DNA of 64,000 nucleotides from Bacteroidales bacterium (GCA_016929525.1 JAFGIP010000008.1:34749-98748), one strand, 5' to 3'. Counted from the stretch's first letter, positions 28,971-39,998 are shown. Notes: generated from the letters alone by a model not told the origin. Numbers and translations are program-made.

Positions 28971-29594
28971 ATGAAAAAACTACCTGAAAAAACCGTCGAG
29001 AGACTTAGCGAATACCGGAGAACATTATATCAATGTCTTGATGAAGGGAAAACAAAAATTTATTCTCATGAATTGGCTGATCTGCATAACATTACAGCTG
29101 TTCAGGTGAGGCGCGATATTATGTTTATCGGATACTCAACCAGGCAGCGTAAAGGGTACGACGTTGAAGAGCTCATCAATGTTATCAGCAAGATTATTGA
29201 TACCCGGGAAGAGATGAACGTAGCAGTTATAGGATTAGGAAACCTTGGCAAAGCCATTTCAACTTACTTTATTGGCAAACGTGCCAAGCTAAATCTGGTT
29301 GCAACATTCGATCTTGATCCCAAGAAAATTGGCAGTAAAACAGGTGAAGTTGAATGTTATTCCATCGACCGGCTCAGAGAAATTGTAGTAAGTAAGAACA
29401 TTTCAATTGCAATTCTGACAGTTCCGACCTACTCGGCTAAGGATGCAGTTAAAGCATTAGTACAAACAGGGATAAAGGGAATTCTGAATTTTACTACTGT
29501 AAATCTTAATGTACCAAAAGATATTTACCTTGAAGAATATGATATGATAACTTCTCTTGAAAAAGTGGCTTATTTCGTTAAGCATATTAAATAA
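28971..29594 (+). CDS. rex: Redox-sensing transcriptional repressor Rex
   Basis: LPEKTVERLSEY, S.ELA..QVRRD..G...GY.V, VIGLGNLGKA Rossmann motif, GIKGILNFT. Confidence 0.92.
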   Translation: MKKLPEKTVERLSEYRRTLYQCLDEGKTKIYSHELADLHNITAVQVRRDIMFIGYSTRQRKGYDVEELINVISKIIDTREEMNVAVIGLGNLGKAISTYFIGKRAKLNLVATFDLDPKKIGSKTGEVECYSIDRLREIVVSKNISIAILTVPTYSAKDAVKALVQTGIKGILNFTTVNLNVPKDIYLEEYDMITSLEKVAYFVKHIK

Positions 29595-29600
29595 TTAACG

Positions 29601-30077
29601 ATGCCGGGGTTAAATTTCTGCTCTACTGTAATCTTTGTAAAGAATATTGAAGCTTCCATGAAGTTTTATATTGAAATATTAAATCAGGTAATTAAACATG
29701 ACTTCGGATTGAATATCATGTTTAAAAGCAATCTTTCTTTATGGCAGATCAGCGATTCTCATGAGATAAGTTCAGTTGCAGGATCAAGTAATAAAGAAAA
29801 CAAGTTTGAACTTTATTTCGAGACAGATGATATTGATAAGGAAGCTTCCAGGTTAAAACTCCAAAAAGTTAAATTCTTTCATGATATTAAAACCGAACCC
29901 TGGGGGCAGAAAACGATCAGATTCTTCGATCCCGACAGCCACCTGATAGAAATCGGTGAAGAATTCAGTATTTTCCTTCGGCGTATCTTTCTGGAAACCG
30001 GCTCTCTAAAAGAAACATCTAGAAAAACAGGAGTTCAGGTGAATCTGATAAGAGAAACCCTGAAGCTTTCAAAATAA
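29601..30077 (+). CDS. VOC/glyoxalase family protein
   Basis: VKNIEASMKFY, ELYFE, EPWGQKTIRFFDPDSHLIEIGE. Confidence 0.85.
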   Translation: MPGLNFCSTVIFVKNIEASMKFYIEILNQVIKHDFGLNIMFKSNLSLWQISDSHEISSVAGSSNKENKFELYFETDDIDKEASRLKLQKVKFFHDIKTEPWGQKTIRFFDPDSHLIEIGEEFSIFLRRIFLETGSLKETSRKTGVQVNLIRETLKLSK

Positions 30078-30095
30078 AGTATACCAATTACGACT

Positions 30096-30416
30096 CTAAT
30101 TCTGCAGGACTCCTCCTCTTTCAGTAATTTCCTTAACAAGAAGCTCGTTTGTAATCAATTCCGGATCGACCGTAAATACTGCTGTGCAATCAGTTTTTGA
30201 AAGAATCAGTTTATCGACACCTTCAACCTGGAAAATTATTTTCCATATTGAATCGGTAATAATGCTGTCCTGTAATCCAATTACTTTGTATTTGTATGAT
30301 ACAAGTCCATCAGGTTCCTGGATTGCAATGGTCCCGGCTTCAGATTTGTCCTTTTTACCAATGTTGCAGGCAGCAAGTGTAATTACGGCTAATACGATTA
30401 AGCAAAGTTTTTTCAT
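30096..30416 (-). CDS. Small lipoprotein with HMA-like fold lacking CxxC
   Basis: MKKL..LAAC lipobox; YKVIGLQDSIITDSI..VEGV..AVFTVDPELIT.E.L..EI..G follows the HMA pattern. Confidence 0.55.
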   Translation of the reverse strand: MKKLCLIVLAVITLAACNIGKKDKSEAGTIAIQEPDGLVSYKYKVIGLQDSIITDSIWKIIFQVEGVDKLILSKTDCTAVFTVDPELITNELLVKEITERGGVLQN

Positions 30417-30433
30417 TTTCAAATAATAATTCA

Positions 30434-31156
30434 TTATAATCCCAGAAATAAAATCCCAATTCCGCTTAAAAGCAACATAGCCCCTGCTAAGACATGGGTA
30501 TATCTTTCAAGCTTTTTGAGGTTGACTAAGTTAATACCTTTTTGAAGTAAAAAAACAATGGTAAGCATTGTAATTATTGTTACAACTGAAAAAACCACAG
30601 AAACAATTATTGCCTCTGAAATGCTCCCGCGTTCCTCAACAACAGGATAAATAATGACCGGAATTAAAGGTTCGCAAGGACCCAGTACAAAAATAATGAA
30701 AAGTACCCAGGGCGTAATATTTATCGCTTTCTCCCCTGAGTGCAAATGATCATGTTCGTTTGCATGCGAATGCATATGCTCATGAACTACTCCTCCGTTG
30801 TGCAAATGTAAATGCTTATGTGGTCTGCGCTGGTAAGCCCTGTAAATACCCCATGCCATATAAATGAATCCGAACAGTGCGAATGCCCATGCCGCCCAGT
30901 CACCTCTTATACTTTCAATATCAGTAAGCTTTGTTACACCTATTCCGAGTGCTATACCTGCAAAACCCAGGGCTACAGAACTGACTACATGACCAACCCC
31001 GCAAACAGCTGTTATCGATAATGTCCTGGTCATGGACCAGTTTCTGGCTTTTGACATAAATACAAACGGAATATAATGGTCGGGACCAAGGAAAGTATGA
31101 ACAAAGCCTAAAAGTGCACCTGTGGCTGAAAAATACACAATCTGATCTGTAATCAT
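30434..31156 (-). CDS. UreH/HoxN-like nickel/cobalt transporter family membrane protein
   Basis: HTFLGPDH motif, CG.GHV, His-rich loop HKHLHLH..HEHMHSH..HDHLH, LGPCEP. Confidence 0.75.
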   Translation of the reverse strand: MITDQIVYFSATGALLGFVHTFLGPDHYIPFVFMSKARNWSMTRTLSITAVCGVGHVVSSVALGFAGIALGIGVTKLTDIESIRGDWAAWAFALFGFIYMAWGIYRAYQRRPHKHLHLHNGGVVHEHMHSHANEHDHLHSGEKAINITPWVLFIIFVLGPCEPLIPVIIYPVVEERGSISEAIIVSVVFSVVTIITMLTIVFLLQKGINLVNLKKLERYTHVLAGAMLLLSGIGILFLGL

Positions 31157-31165
31157 GCGAATAAG

Positions 31166-32017
31166 TTATTCGTAGTTATATTTTATATATTCTAATATCT
31201 CTCCATAAAGATTATAATTTACCTCTCCAAGCAGTAAACCCATGTCGGAATATCTGCATTCGTAATGTGTCACTTCTCCTCCGGAACTAAATTTACGTAT
31301 AATCGATTTCAGATTGCCCTTTGGAGAATATTCATAATCAAAAGTGTAAACCAGTTTATCATCAGTATTAAATAAATTTTCTTTCTTTATCTTTTCATTT
31401 TCATTTCTGTAAACTAATTTTTTATACTCCGGTTTATTTTCTCCTGAAAAATATAATTCCTCTTCAATTTTCCCATTATACAGATCCGAGTATTTATAAA
31501 TTACTGCCCACTCAACACTGTCCGGGGTGTGCATGCATCTTTCGGTTACCGTATTCAAAACAGTGTCTGTCTGATAATAATTCTTCGAAATAATATATTC
31601 GAAGTTATTGTACCATGTAATTTCTTTCAAAAAACCCGATATAGTATAATTATAAACAGTTTTACCAACCAGTTCACCACTGGGTAAAAATTCAATTTCT
31701 GCAGCAGGTATATTAACAACATTGTATTCATATACCTTTATTGACTGTTTATTTCCTTGCTGATCGAGGAATACGGTTTCTGATTTTCTCCCATGCTGAT
31801 CATACTTAACAATCCGATCGATGTATTTCTGATCAGATACATTTCCATCGATAATTATATACTTCCATTCTGTCCTTTTCTTAATATTTAGACTTTTTAT
31901 TATATCCATCTTCTCCTGTAGTTCATCCCGATCTGCCGGAACCATAATATAATTCTGAGCAGAAATATCTGTAACAACTAAAAACGATATAATCAAGAAA
32001 TAACAATACTTTGGCAT
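31166..32017 (-). CDS. Hypothetical secreted protein with YD-like repeats
   Basis: Signal peptide and recurrent Y.Y/YD..G beta-hairpin motifs; operonic with neighbours. Confidence 0.6.
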   Translation of the reverse strand: MPKYCYFLIISFLVVTDISAQNYIMVPADRDELQEKMDIIKSLNIKKRTEWKYIIIDGNVSDQKYIDRIVKYDQHGRKSETVFLDQQGNKQSIKVYEYNVVNIPAAEIEFLPSGELVGKTVYNYTISGFLKEITWYNNFEYIISKNYYQTDTVLNTVTERCMHTPDSVEWAVIYKYSDLYNGKIEEELYFSGENKPEYKKLVYRNENEKIKKENLFNTDDKLVYTFDYEYSPKGNLKSIIRKFSSGGEVTHYECRYSDMGLLLGEVNYNLYGEILEYIKYNYE

Positions 32018-32212
32018 GCTCCGGTGTATATATTATAAAGTGTATTCATTGAAAAATAACCTTTTTAAATTAATAAATTTTGTAATCAACATTTACACTT
32101 GTACCAGATCAAATTATTTATGTATTCTTAAATATATTTTCGTAGTGTTACGATTTTTAAATTTGTGTTACAAATATAAATGTTTTAAGATGCGATGCAT
32201 AAAAAAAATGTA

Positions 32213-32665
32213 TTATAAATACTTTTCTTTTAGAAGTTTTAAAACATACTGGTCAACAGGGAAAGTCAGTTCTGATGGATTAATCTCATTCAAAGAACGA
32301 AAACGAAATGATATTGGCTCCTCATCATAAGTATTGAATGAAAAAGGAACCTTTGATATTTTAAAACGGATTTCATCAATGAAGTCAAAATAATAATAAA
32401 TACTGATCAGTTGATGATTCTCATGAAAATATGATTTCTGATAAAAATCGGTGGTATAAAAATGACTAAGAACTTTAATTTCCTGTCCGAATTCCTCGAC
32501 TGCTTCCCTTTTTAAACACTCAATTGTTCCTTCCCCATATTGAAGTCCGCCCCCGGGGAATTTTGTCATTTTGATTCCAAAACGTTCCTCATCGCATAGC
32601 AATAATTCATTGCCTGCATTTTTATAAATTCCATAAACCCTAATATTAAATAAATTCTGAATAAT
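32213..32665 (-). CDS. NUDIX hydrolase (start codon uncertain)
   Basis: FNIRVYG, KFPGGGLQYGEGTIECLKREAVEE Nudix box, HFYTTDF.Q.S; the longer ORF overlaps miaA. Confidence 0.8.
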   Translation of the reverse strand: MIQNLFNIRVYGIYKNAGNELLLCDEERFGIKMTKFPGGGLQYGEGTIECLKREAVEEFGQEIKVLSHFYTTDFYQKSYFHENHQLISIYYYFDFIDEIRFKISKVPFSFNTYDEEPISFRFRSLNEINPSELTFPVDQYVLKLLKEKYL

Positions 32666-32672
32666 CAGCAGG

Positions 32673-33578
32673 TTAAAGTCCGGTTTGTATTTTAATATAG
32701 TCAAGTATAGTCTGAAGCTGATCCGGCTCAAACCATTTAATAGAGTTATCACGCCTGAACCATGTAATTTGCCGGCGTGCATATGCACGACTATGATCTT
32801 TGATTTTCTCAATAGCTTTTGGCAGAGAAAGTTTGTTATCAAAATAATCGAACAACTCCTTATATCCAACAGTATTTAAAGGAGATAGATGTCTTTTTGT
32901 ATATAAACTGCGAGCTTCCTCAATAAGTCCCTGTTCAATCATTCTGTCGACCCTTTCGTTGATTTGGTTGTATAGTTTTTGCCGATCCGTATTGATGCCT
33001 ATTTTGAGTATATTATAAGGTCGGTATTTATTATTATTTTTTAAGAATGATGAATATTTCTCGCCAGTCATTTCGTAGACTTCAATAGCTTTTTGCAATC
33101 GTTTTGGATTGTTTTTGTCCACCCTGTTGTAATATTCCGGATCAATTGTCTCAAGTTTTTCTTTTAAAGTATCAATTCCTTCATTCACATATGTATTGTG
33201 CCATTTCTCTCTTATTTTTCCATCGATAGCAGGTAGTTCATCAATGCCCTTACAAACTGCATCGATATACAATCCTGAACCGCCTTCCATTATTGCCGTG
33301 TTGGAATTTTCAAAATATTGTTCCAGAAAAATATTTACCTCCTGTTCAAACATACTGGCATTATAGTACTCATCTATGGAACGTGTATGAATAAAAAAAT
33401 GAGGAACCTGTTCAAGTTCTTTTTTACCGGGAACAGAGGTTCCTATTTTCATTTCCCTGTAGATCTGTCTGGAATCGCAGGATATTATTACCGACTTAAG
33501 TGCATTTGCTACATTGATTGCAACTGACGTTTTCCCCACCCCTGTCGGGCCGCATATAACAATTAAGTGTTTTTGCAT
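32673..33578 (-). CDS. miaA: tRNA dimethylallyltransferase
   Basis: GPTGVGKT, DSRQIY..M.IGT, GGSGLY, TVGYKE, YARRQITWF. Confidence 0.96.
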   Translation of the reverse strand: MQKHLIVICGPTGVGKTSVAINVANALKSVIISCDSRQIYREMKIGTSVPGKKELEQVPHFFIHTRSIDEYYNASMFEQEVNIFLEQYFENSNTAIMEGGSGLYIDAVCKGIDELPAIDGKIREKWHNTYVNEGIDTLKEKLETIDPEYYNRVDKNNPKRLQKAIEVYEMTGEKYSSFLKNNNKYRPYNILKIGINTDRQKLYNQINERVDRMIEQGLIEEARSLYTKRHLSPLNTVGYKELFDYFDNKLSLPKAIEKIKDHSRAYARRQITWFRRDNSIKWFEPDQLQTILDYIKIQTGL

Positions 33579-33609
33579 TTGTCCAACAGAATTTATTACT
33601 TATTATTCA

Positions 33610-35877
33610 TTATAAAACATCATTTTGTTTACGTATCAGGTTTAAAGCAGACCCGGCTTTAAACCATTCAATCTGGTTCTCATTATATGAATGCGAAACC
33701 TCAATTTCATCATCTGAACCATCGGAATGACGTAAGGTTACTATCAGGTTTTTACCCGCTGTAAATTCCTTTAGTCCTTTTATATCTATGATGTCGTCTT
33801 CCCTGATCTTATTGTAATCTTCTTTATCTGCGAAAGTCAAAGCAAGCATACCCTGTTTTTTTAAGTTTGTTTCGTGTATTCTGGCAAATGATTTAACAAT
33901 AACCGCTTTCACTCCCAAATGTCTTGGTTCCATAGCAGCATGCTCCCGGGAAGAACCTTCTCCGTAATTTTCATCACCTGCCACTATAGTACCAATACCC
34001 TGTTTCTTATAATTACGCGCTGCAGCCGGCACTTCACCATAGATGCCAGTAGTAAGGTCCTTAACTGAATTTGTTTTATCATTAAAAAAATTTACTGCTC
34101 CTATTAACAGGTTATTCGAAATATTGTCCAGATGTCCTCTGTATCTCAGCCAAGGTCCAGCCATGGAAATATGATCGGTCGTGCACTTACCCTTTGCTTT
34201 TATTAAAAGTCTTAAGCCATTAAAATCTTTTCCATCCCAGGATTCAAAAGGAGTGAGAATTTGTAAACGTTCAGAGTTAGGATTTACCACTACCTCTATT
34301 TTCTTACCATCACTTGCCGGTTCCTGAAATCCTGCATCCCCTACCGAGAAACCTTTTACCGGCATTTCCATTCCTTTAGGTTCTTCAAGCTTAACCTGTT
34401 TACCATCTATATTAGTTAGTGTGTCTGTTACAGGATTAAAAGTGAGATCGCCTGCAATGGCAAATGCTGTTGTTAGCTCAGGAGATGCAACGAAAGCGTG
34501 AGTATTTGGATTTCCATCGTTACGCTTGGCAAAATTCCTGTTAAAGGATGTCATGATTGAATTCTTCTCATGTTTATCGGCACCATACCTTGCCCATTGT
34601 CCAATACAAGGGCCGCAAGCATTTGCCAGAACAACTCCTCCCATTTTTTCAAATTTTTCCAACAAGCCATCCCTTTCGGCGGTAAATCTTACCTGCTCCG
34701 AACCAGGAGTAACCGTATATTCCGATACAACTTTTAATTTTTTTGAAATGGCCTGATCGGCAATAGATGCTGCTCGTGTAAGGTCTTCATACGATGAATT
34801 AGTACAAGATCCGATTAATCCAACTTCAAGTTTTTCAGGCCATCCGTTCTTTTTTACTTCGCCGGCAAATTTAGATAACGGAGTAGCCCGATCCGGTGTA
34901 AACGGTCCATTGATGTGTGGTTCCAGTTCAGATAAATTGATTTCAATAATCTGATCGAAATATTTCTCCGGTGATTCATAAACTTCTTTATCACCTGTTA
35001 ATTCTTCTGCAATCTCATTTGCCTTATCAGCGACTTCTTTTCTACCGGTACCTCTCAGGTATTCTTCCATTTTATTATCATAACCAAATAATGAAGTTGT
35101 AGCACCAATCTCGGCCCCCATATTACAAATTGTACCTTTCCCGGTGGCCGATATTGAATGAGCCCCATTACCAAAATATTCAACAATATAACCAGTACCA
35201 CCTTTCACTGTAAGAATTCCGGCTACTTTTAGTATCACATCTTTTGCTGAAGTCCAACCACTTAATTTTCCTGTAAGTTTAACACCAATTAATTTTGGGA
35301 ATTTCAATTCCCAGGGCATACCTGTCATCACATCAACAGCATCGGCGCCGCCAACACCAATCGCAACCATACCCAACCCTCCGGCATTTACAGTGTGTGA
35401 GTCAGTACCAATCATCATTCCTCCGGGAAAAGCATAATTTTCCAGAACAACCTGGTGAATAATACCTGCGCCTGGTTTCCAGAAACCAATACCATATTTG
35501 TTGGATACTGAACTAAGGAAATCGTATACTTCTTTATTGTTATTACCGGCAATTGAAAGATCCTGCTTAGCACCCAGTTTTGCCTGGATCAAATGATCAC
35601 AGTGCACTGTAGATGGAACAGCTGTTCTTTTCTTTCCACCCTGCATAAATTGTAACAATGCCATCTGGGCTGTGGCATCCTGCATCGCGACTCTGTCCGG
35701 CTTAAAATTTACATAATCGACACCTCTTTTATAGGCTTCTTTGGCAGGTGTATCTAAATGCGAATACAATATCTTTTCTGTAAGTGTTAGTGGCTTTTTT
35801 GTAATCTCTCTGGCATAATTTACCTTCTGCAGGTATTCTGTGTATACTATTTTAATCATATCAATATCGAAAACCAT
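33610..35877 (-). CDS. acnA: Aconitate hydratase (mitochondrial-type)
   Basis: [51 protein letters not shown]. Confidence 0.96.
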   Translation of the reverse strand: MVFDIDMIKIVYTEYLQKVNYAREITKKPLTLTEKILYSHLDTPAKEAYKRGVDYVNFKPDRVAMQDATAQMALLQFMQGGKKRTAVPSTVHCDHLIQAKLGAKQDLSIAGNNNKEVYDFLSSVSNKYGIGFWKPGAGIIHQVVLENYAFPGGMMIGTDSHTVNAGGLGMVAIGVGGADAVDVMTGMPWELKFPKLIGVKLTGKLSGWTSAKDVILKVAGILTVKGGTGYIVEYFGNGAHSISATGKGTICNMGAEIGATTSLFGYDNKMEEYLRGTGRKEVADKANEIAEELTGDKEVYESPEKYFDQIIEINLSELEPHINGPFTPDRATPLSKFAGEVKKNGWPEKLEVGLIGSCTNSSYEDLTRAASIADQAISKKLKVVSEYTVTPGSEQVRFTAERDGLLEKFEKMGGVVLANACGPCIGQWARYGADKHEKNSIMTSFNRNFAKRNDGNPNTHAFVASPELTTAFAIAGDLTFNPVTDTLTNIDGKQVKLEEPKGMEMPVKGFSVGDAGFQEPASDGKKIEVVVNPNSERLQILTPFESWDGKDFNGLRLLIKAKGKCTTDHISMAGPWLRYRGHLDNISNNLLIGAVNFFNDKTNSVKDLTTGIYGEVPAAARNYKKQGIGTIVAGDENYGEGSSREHAAMEPRHLGVKAVIVKSFARIHETNLKKQGMLALTFADKEDYNKIREDDIIDIKGLKEFTAGKNLIVTLRHSDGSDDEIEVSHSYNENQIEWFKAGSALNLIRKQNDVL

Positions 35878-36123
35878 AACACTACTTAATTTAATTGTTA
35901 CTCATTTTTAAACGGCTGCGCAAGATACTAATTTATCCAAAAATGTTAGAACGAGAAAAGCAAGAATATTGCTTCACATAGATTAGTTTATCATTTGTAT
36001 TTACTTAACAGTTGTTAATTATACCTGTTCATAACCTTCCTTATTTTTAATCAAAAAATCGTATCTTTAGCACGAAGAACCGGGCTATTTAGCTTTGATT
36101 AATTTACAGCCTTTCAATAAGAT

Positions 36124-36501
36124 ATGAAAAAGTTAGTAATAGAAAAAAAAGCAAACACCCCGTCAGTAAACTTTGATCAGCAGACTGGTTTGTTAAAAAT
36201 AGAAGGACGATCTATTCCGGAGAATCCAGGTGAATTTTATGATGAACTTATTGACTGGGTAAAAGAATATTTTAATCACCCACAGGAAAAAACGATTTTT
36301 GAGCTCAACCTTGAATATGTAAACAGTGGTTCTTCAAAGCACCTGCTGGGTATTTTCAGGGTAATTAAAGATCAGATTCAAAAGGGAAGAGATATAACAG
36401 TAAACTGGTTTTATGAAGAAGATGATGAAGCAATTTTAAATCTAGGAGAACATTATAAATCGTCGTTAAAAATACCATTCAATCTTATTGAATTTATATA
36501 A
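36124..36501 (+). CDS. SiaC family (DUF1987) regulatory phosphoprotein
   Basis: TPSVNFD..G.L.IEGRSIPEN...FY, LEYVNSGSSK, VNWFYEEDDE...LGE.Y. Confidence 0.85.
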   Translation: MKKLVIEKKANTPSVNFDQQTGLLKIEGRSIPENPGEFYDELIDWVKEYFNHPQEKTIFELNLEYVNSGSSKHLLGIFRVIKDQIQKGRDITVNWFYEEDDEAILNLGEHYKSSLKIPFNLIEFI

Positions 36502-36553
36502 ACAACTATTAGGCATTATTCTCTTCCTAGTGTATTTTTCAAGAGAATAAAAG

Positions 36554-36582
36554 AAAAGCCATCCGTAAACGGATGGCTTTTT
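36554..36582. terminator. Bidirectional intrinsic terminator
   Basis: AAAAGCCATCCG-TAAA-CGGATGGCTTTT between convergent siaC-like and gap genes. Confidence 0.85.
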
Positions 36583-36604
36583 ATTTATAATTGGTTGCTT
36601 CAGC

Positions 36605-37624
<1,020 letters not shown>

Positions 37625-37802
37625 TTATTGCTTATTATTAAATTTAATTCTTCCTGAAAAATGAAGTGCGAAGATATTAAAATATATCAAAATCAACAAG
37701 GTGTAATTAAGATGGAGGTTATTATTGTGAAAGGGATAACAGGATACTTACGATAATCTTCACTCTAAGCAATGTTTATTTTAAATAAATAAACATCTTC
37801 AT

Positions 37803-38597
37803 TTAATCCGTAAGCATCTCATCAACTTTTGTTTTACGTCTTTTAAACTGTGAATCTATTATTTTCCCAAAACGATAGTTTAAAAAAAATCCGGGAAATA
37901 ACCAGTGATTTTGGTCATTGGCCATTATTGGAATTTCCTTAACGAATGCATCGACAATTATACCCGTTTCAAGGGCCCTATAAGTCCCGCCTTTTTTGCT
38001 GTACTCAAATGAAAAACCAAATTTAAAATACCCCCCTGGGACAACTGATAACTCATTGAATCCAATGTAAAAGGGAGCTTTTCTGTCTATCAACAGATGA
38101 TCTTCAAATTTCATCCTTTCGATCTGGAAAACCGGTTGATCTCCAATATACCCTTGTAAAACCCACACCTCATAATATACAGGTTTTTGTAAACCAATGA
38201 CAGGCCCAAAATTATAGAAGTAACGAATTGATATACCACCTTGATCTTCTTTTCTGAAAATCTCACGTTGAAAGCCAATACCACCATATAATGTATAAAG
38301 GGAATTCAGCTTGCCATAAACATAACTACCACCAATCTGTTGCGTTTGGGAAGTTGTTATTTTAAATTCCTTCTCATGTTTCATGAAATTAAATCCGGCC
38401 TCGTATGTAGTTTTACGAAAAGCATCGAGACGCTTTGCATAACGAAAATTAAATCCAAAGCCTGTTGAAGCTATGGTTCCTGCAAAAGTACGTTCGTTAC
38501 GATAAAAGATTTTTTCTTCATCATCAATTTCTCCCTGTGCTTTTAGTATTGCAAAAGTCACAGACATCAAACATAGTATAGCCCATATCTTTTTCAT
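37803..38597 (-). CDS. Hypothetical outer-membrane beta-barrel-like protein
   Basis: Signal peptide; alternating aromatic strands GFGFNFRY, YFKFGFSFEY, FFLNYRFG. Confidence 0.6.
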   Translation of the reverse strand: MKKIWAILCLMSVTFAILKAQGEIDDEEKIFYRNERTFAGTIASTGFGFNFRYAKRLDAFRKTTYEAGFNFMKHEKEFKITTSQTQQIGGSYVYGKLNSLYTLYGGIGFQREIFRKEDQGGISIRYFYNFGPVIGLQKPVYYEVWVLQGYIGDQPVFQIERMKFEDHLLIDRKAPFYIGFNELSVVPGGYFKFGFSFEYSKKGGTYRALETGIIVDAFVKEIPIMANDQNHWLFPGFFLNYRFGKIIDSQFKRRKTKVDEMLTD

Positions 38598-38672
38598 ACG
38601 ATACCGGCTAAATTAAAACAAACTGAGTATTATTCCAGAGGATATATCCGGAAAAATGACCGAACTTATTGC

Positions 38673-38804
38673 TTAACTTCTTAAATCTTCCTGCTGTTCA
38701 TGTGAAGCATTACCATATGCAGGACAGTTTTTTGAAGCACTACAAGAGGTAACTATTAGTCCAAGTAATAAACAGACAGCAAGAATAATAGCCTTAATTT
38801 TCAT
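38673..38804 (-). CDS. 43-aa lipoprotein with CPAY motif (not in ORF track)
   Basis: MKIKAIILAVCLLLGLIVTS-CSASKNCPAYGNASHEQQEDLRS*; basic N-region, hydrophobic core, lipobox. Confidence 0.8.
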   Translation of the reverse strand: MKIKAIILAVCLLLGLIVTSCSASKNCPAYGNASHEQQEDLRS

Positions 38805-38864
38805 AATATTATTTTGAATGAGACATGTAATTACAGAGAGCATGAATAATTAAAACCAAAACTC

Positions 38865-38999
38865 TTAGCTCCTCTCAACATCGCCAGCTTGTTCTGATGA
38901 GTTATCTTCTGAATATGCAGGACAAATGTAATTACTACATGCCATTGCAAACATGGCCAATAATAATATTGCAGAAATAAATTTTACAACTCTTTTCAT
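38865..38999 (-). CDS. 44-aa lipoprotein with CPAY motif (not in ORF track)
   Basis: MKRVVKFISAILLLAMFAMA-CSNYICPAYSEDNSSEQAGDVERS*; same layout as the adjacent ORF. Confidence 0.8.
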   Translation of the reverse strand: MKRVVKFISAILLLAMFAMACSNYICPAYSEDNSSEQAGDVERS

Positions 39000-39248
39000 C
39001 TTTATGGTTTTTTCTCTCTCTAATTTATAAATTATTCGTTAATTTCCGAAATTATACGACATAAATAAAGTGTTGTTGCGTTTTTTAAATTTATAATTTG
39101 CCGGACTGCATTTCAAACTCATCAAATACAACGGAAACTTTTATTCGTATATTATTATAACTATGTTAATAATTTAATTAATTCGTATAATACTTCGAAA
39201 CATAATTAAATTAATAGTTTTGCTTCCACATAATAAACCAATGGTTCT

Positions 39249-39998
39249 ATGATTGAAACAATATATCAGCATCGTTCAATTCGTAAATTTTCAAACCAGC
39301 CGGTCAGTTCGGATATATTGAAGAAAATCTTACATGCAGGTACACGTGCCTCTACCACAGGTAATATGCAGGTATATAGTTTGATTGTAACTATTCAGAA
39401 TGAACTTAAAAGAAAACTTTGGGAAGCTCACTTCAGGCAGGATATGGTTTTAGAGGCTCCCATCATCATTACTTTCTGTGCCGATTATAATCGATTTGTT
39501 AAATGGTGCAAGCAGCGTAAAGCGAACCCCGGATACGATAATTTTCTTTCTTTCTTTACAGGTGCAATTGATGCATTATTGGCAGCTCAGAATGTCGCAC
39601 TTGCTGCAGAATCATTCAGTCTTGGGATTTGCTATCTCGGTACAACAACTTATATGGCGGAAAAAATTATCGACATACTTGATTTACCAAAACTAGTTGT
39701 ACCTGTTACCAGCCTTGTAATAGGTCATCCAAATGAGTCTCCTGGATTAACAGATCGACTTCCAACGGAAGGTATAATTCACTATGAAAAATATTCAGAT
39801 TATAATGCTGAAGATATTGACAGGATATACGCCGACAAAGAACAATTGGAGCTAACAGCGGAATTATTAAAAGAAAATAACAAAGAAACTTTGGCGCAGG
39901 TATTTACTGATAATCGTTATACAAAAAAAGACAATATTTACTTCTCGAAGGAACTATTGAAAGTTCTTAACAAACAAGGATTTATGAATAATGAGTAG
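39249..39998 (+). CDS. NfsA/NfrA-like nitroreductase (flavin oxidoreductase)
   Basis: HRSIRKF, ASTTGNMQ.YS, DALLAAQN, LGICYLG, DRLP. Confidence 0.9.
   Translation: MIETIYQHRSIRKFSNQPVSSDILKKILHAGTRASTTGNMQVYSLIVTIQNELKRKLWEAHFRQDMVLEAPIIITFCADYNRFVKWCKQRKANPGYDNFLSFFTGAIDALLAAQNVALAAESFSLGICYLGTTTYMAEKIIDILDLPKLVVPVTSLVIGHPNESPGLTDRLPTEGIIHYEKYSDYNAEDIDRIYADKEQLELTAELLKENNKETLAQVFTDNRYTKKDNIYFSKELLKVLNKQGFMNNE

Noticed and set aside
37725-37742. Rex-box-like TTGTGAA-AGGG-ATAACAG upstream of gap
   Set aside because: The right half-site is weak and such matches are frequent in AT-rich DNA; cannot be supported without footprinting.
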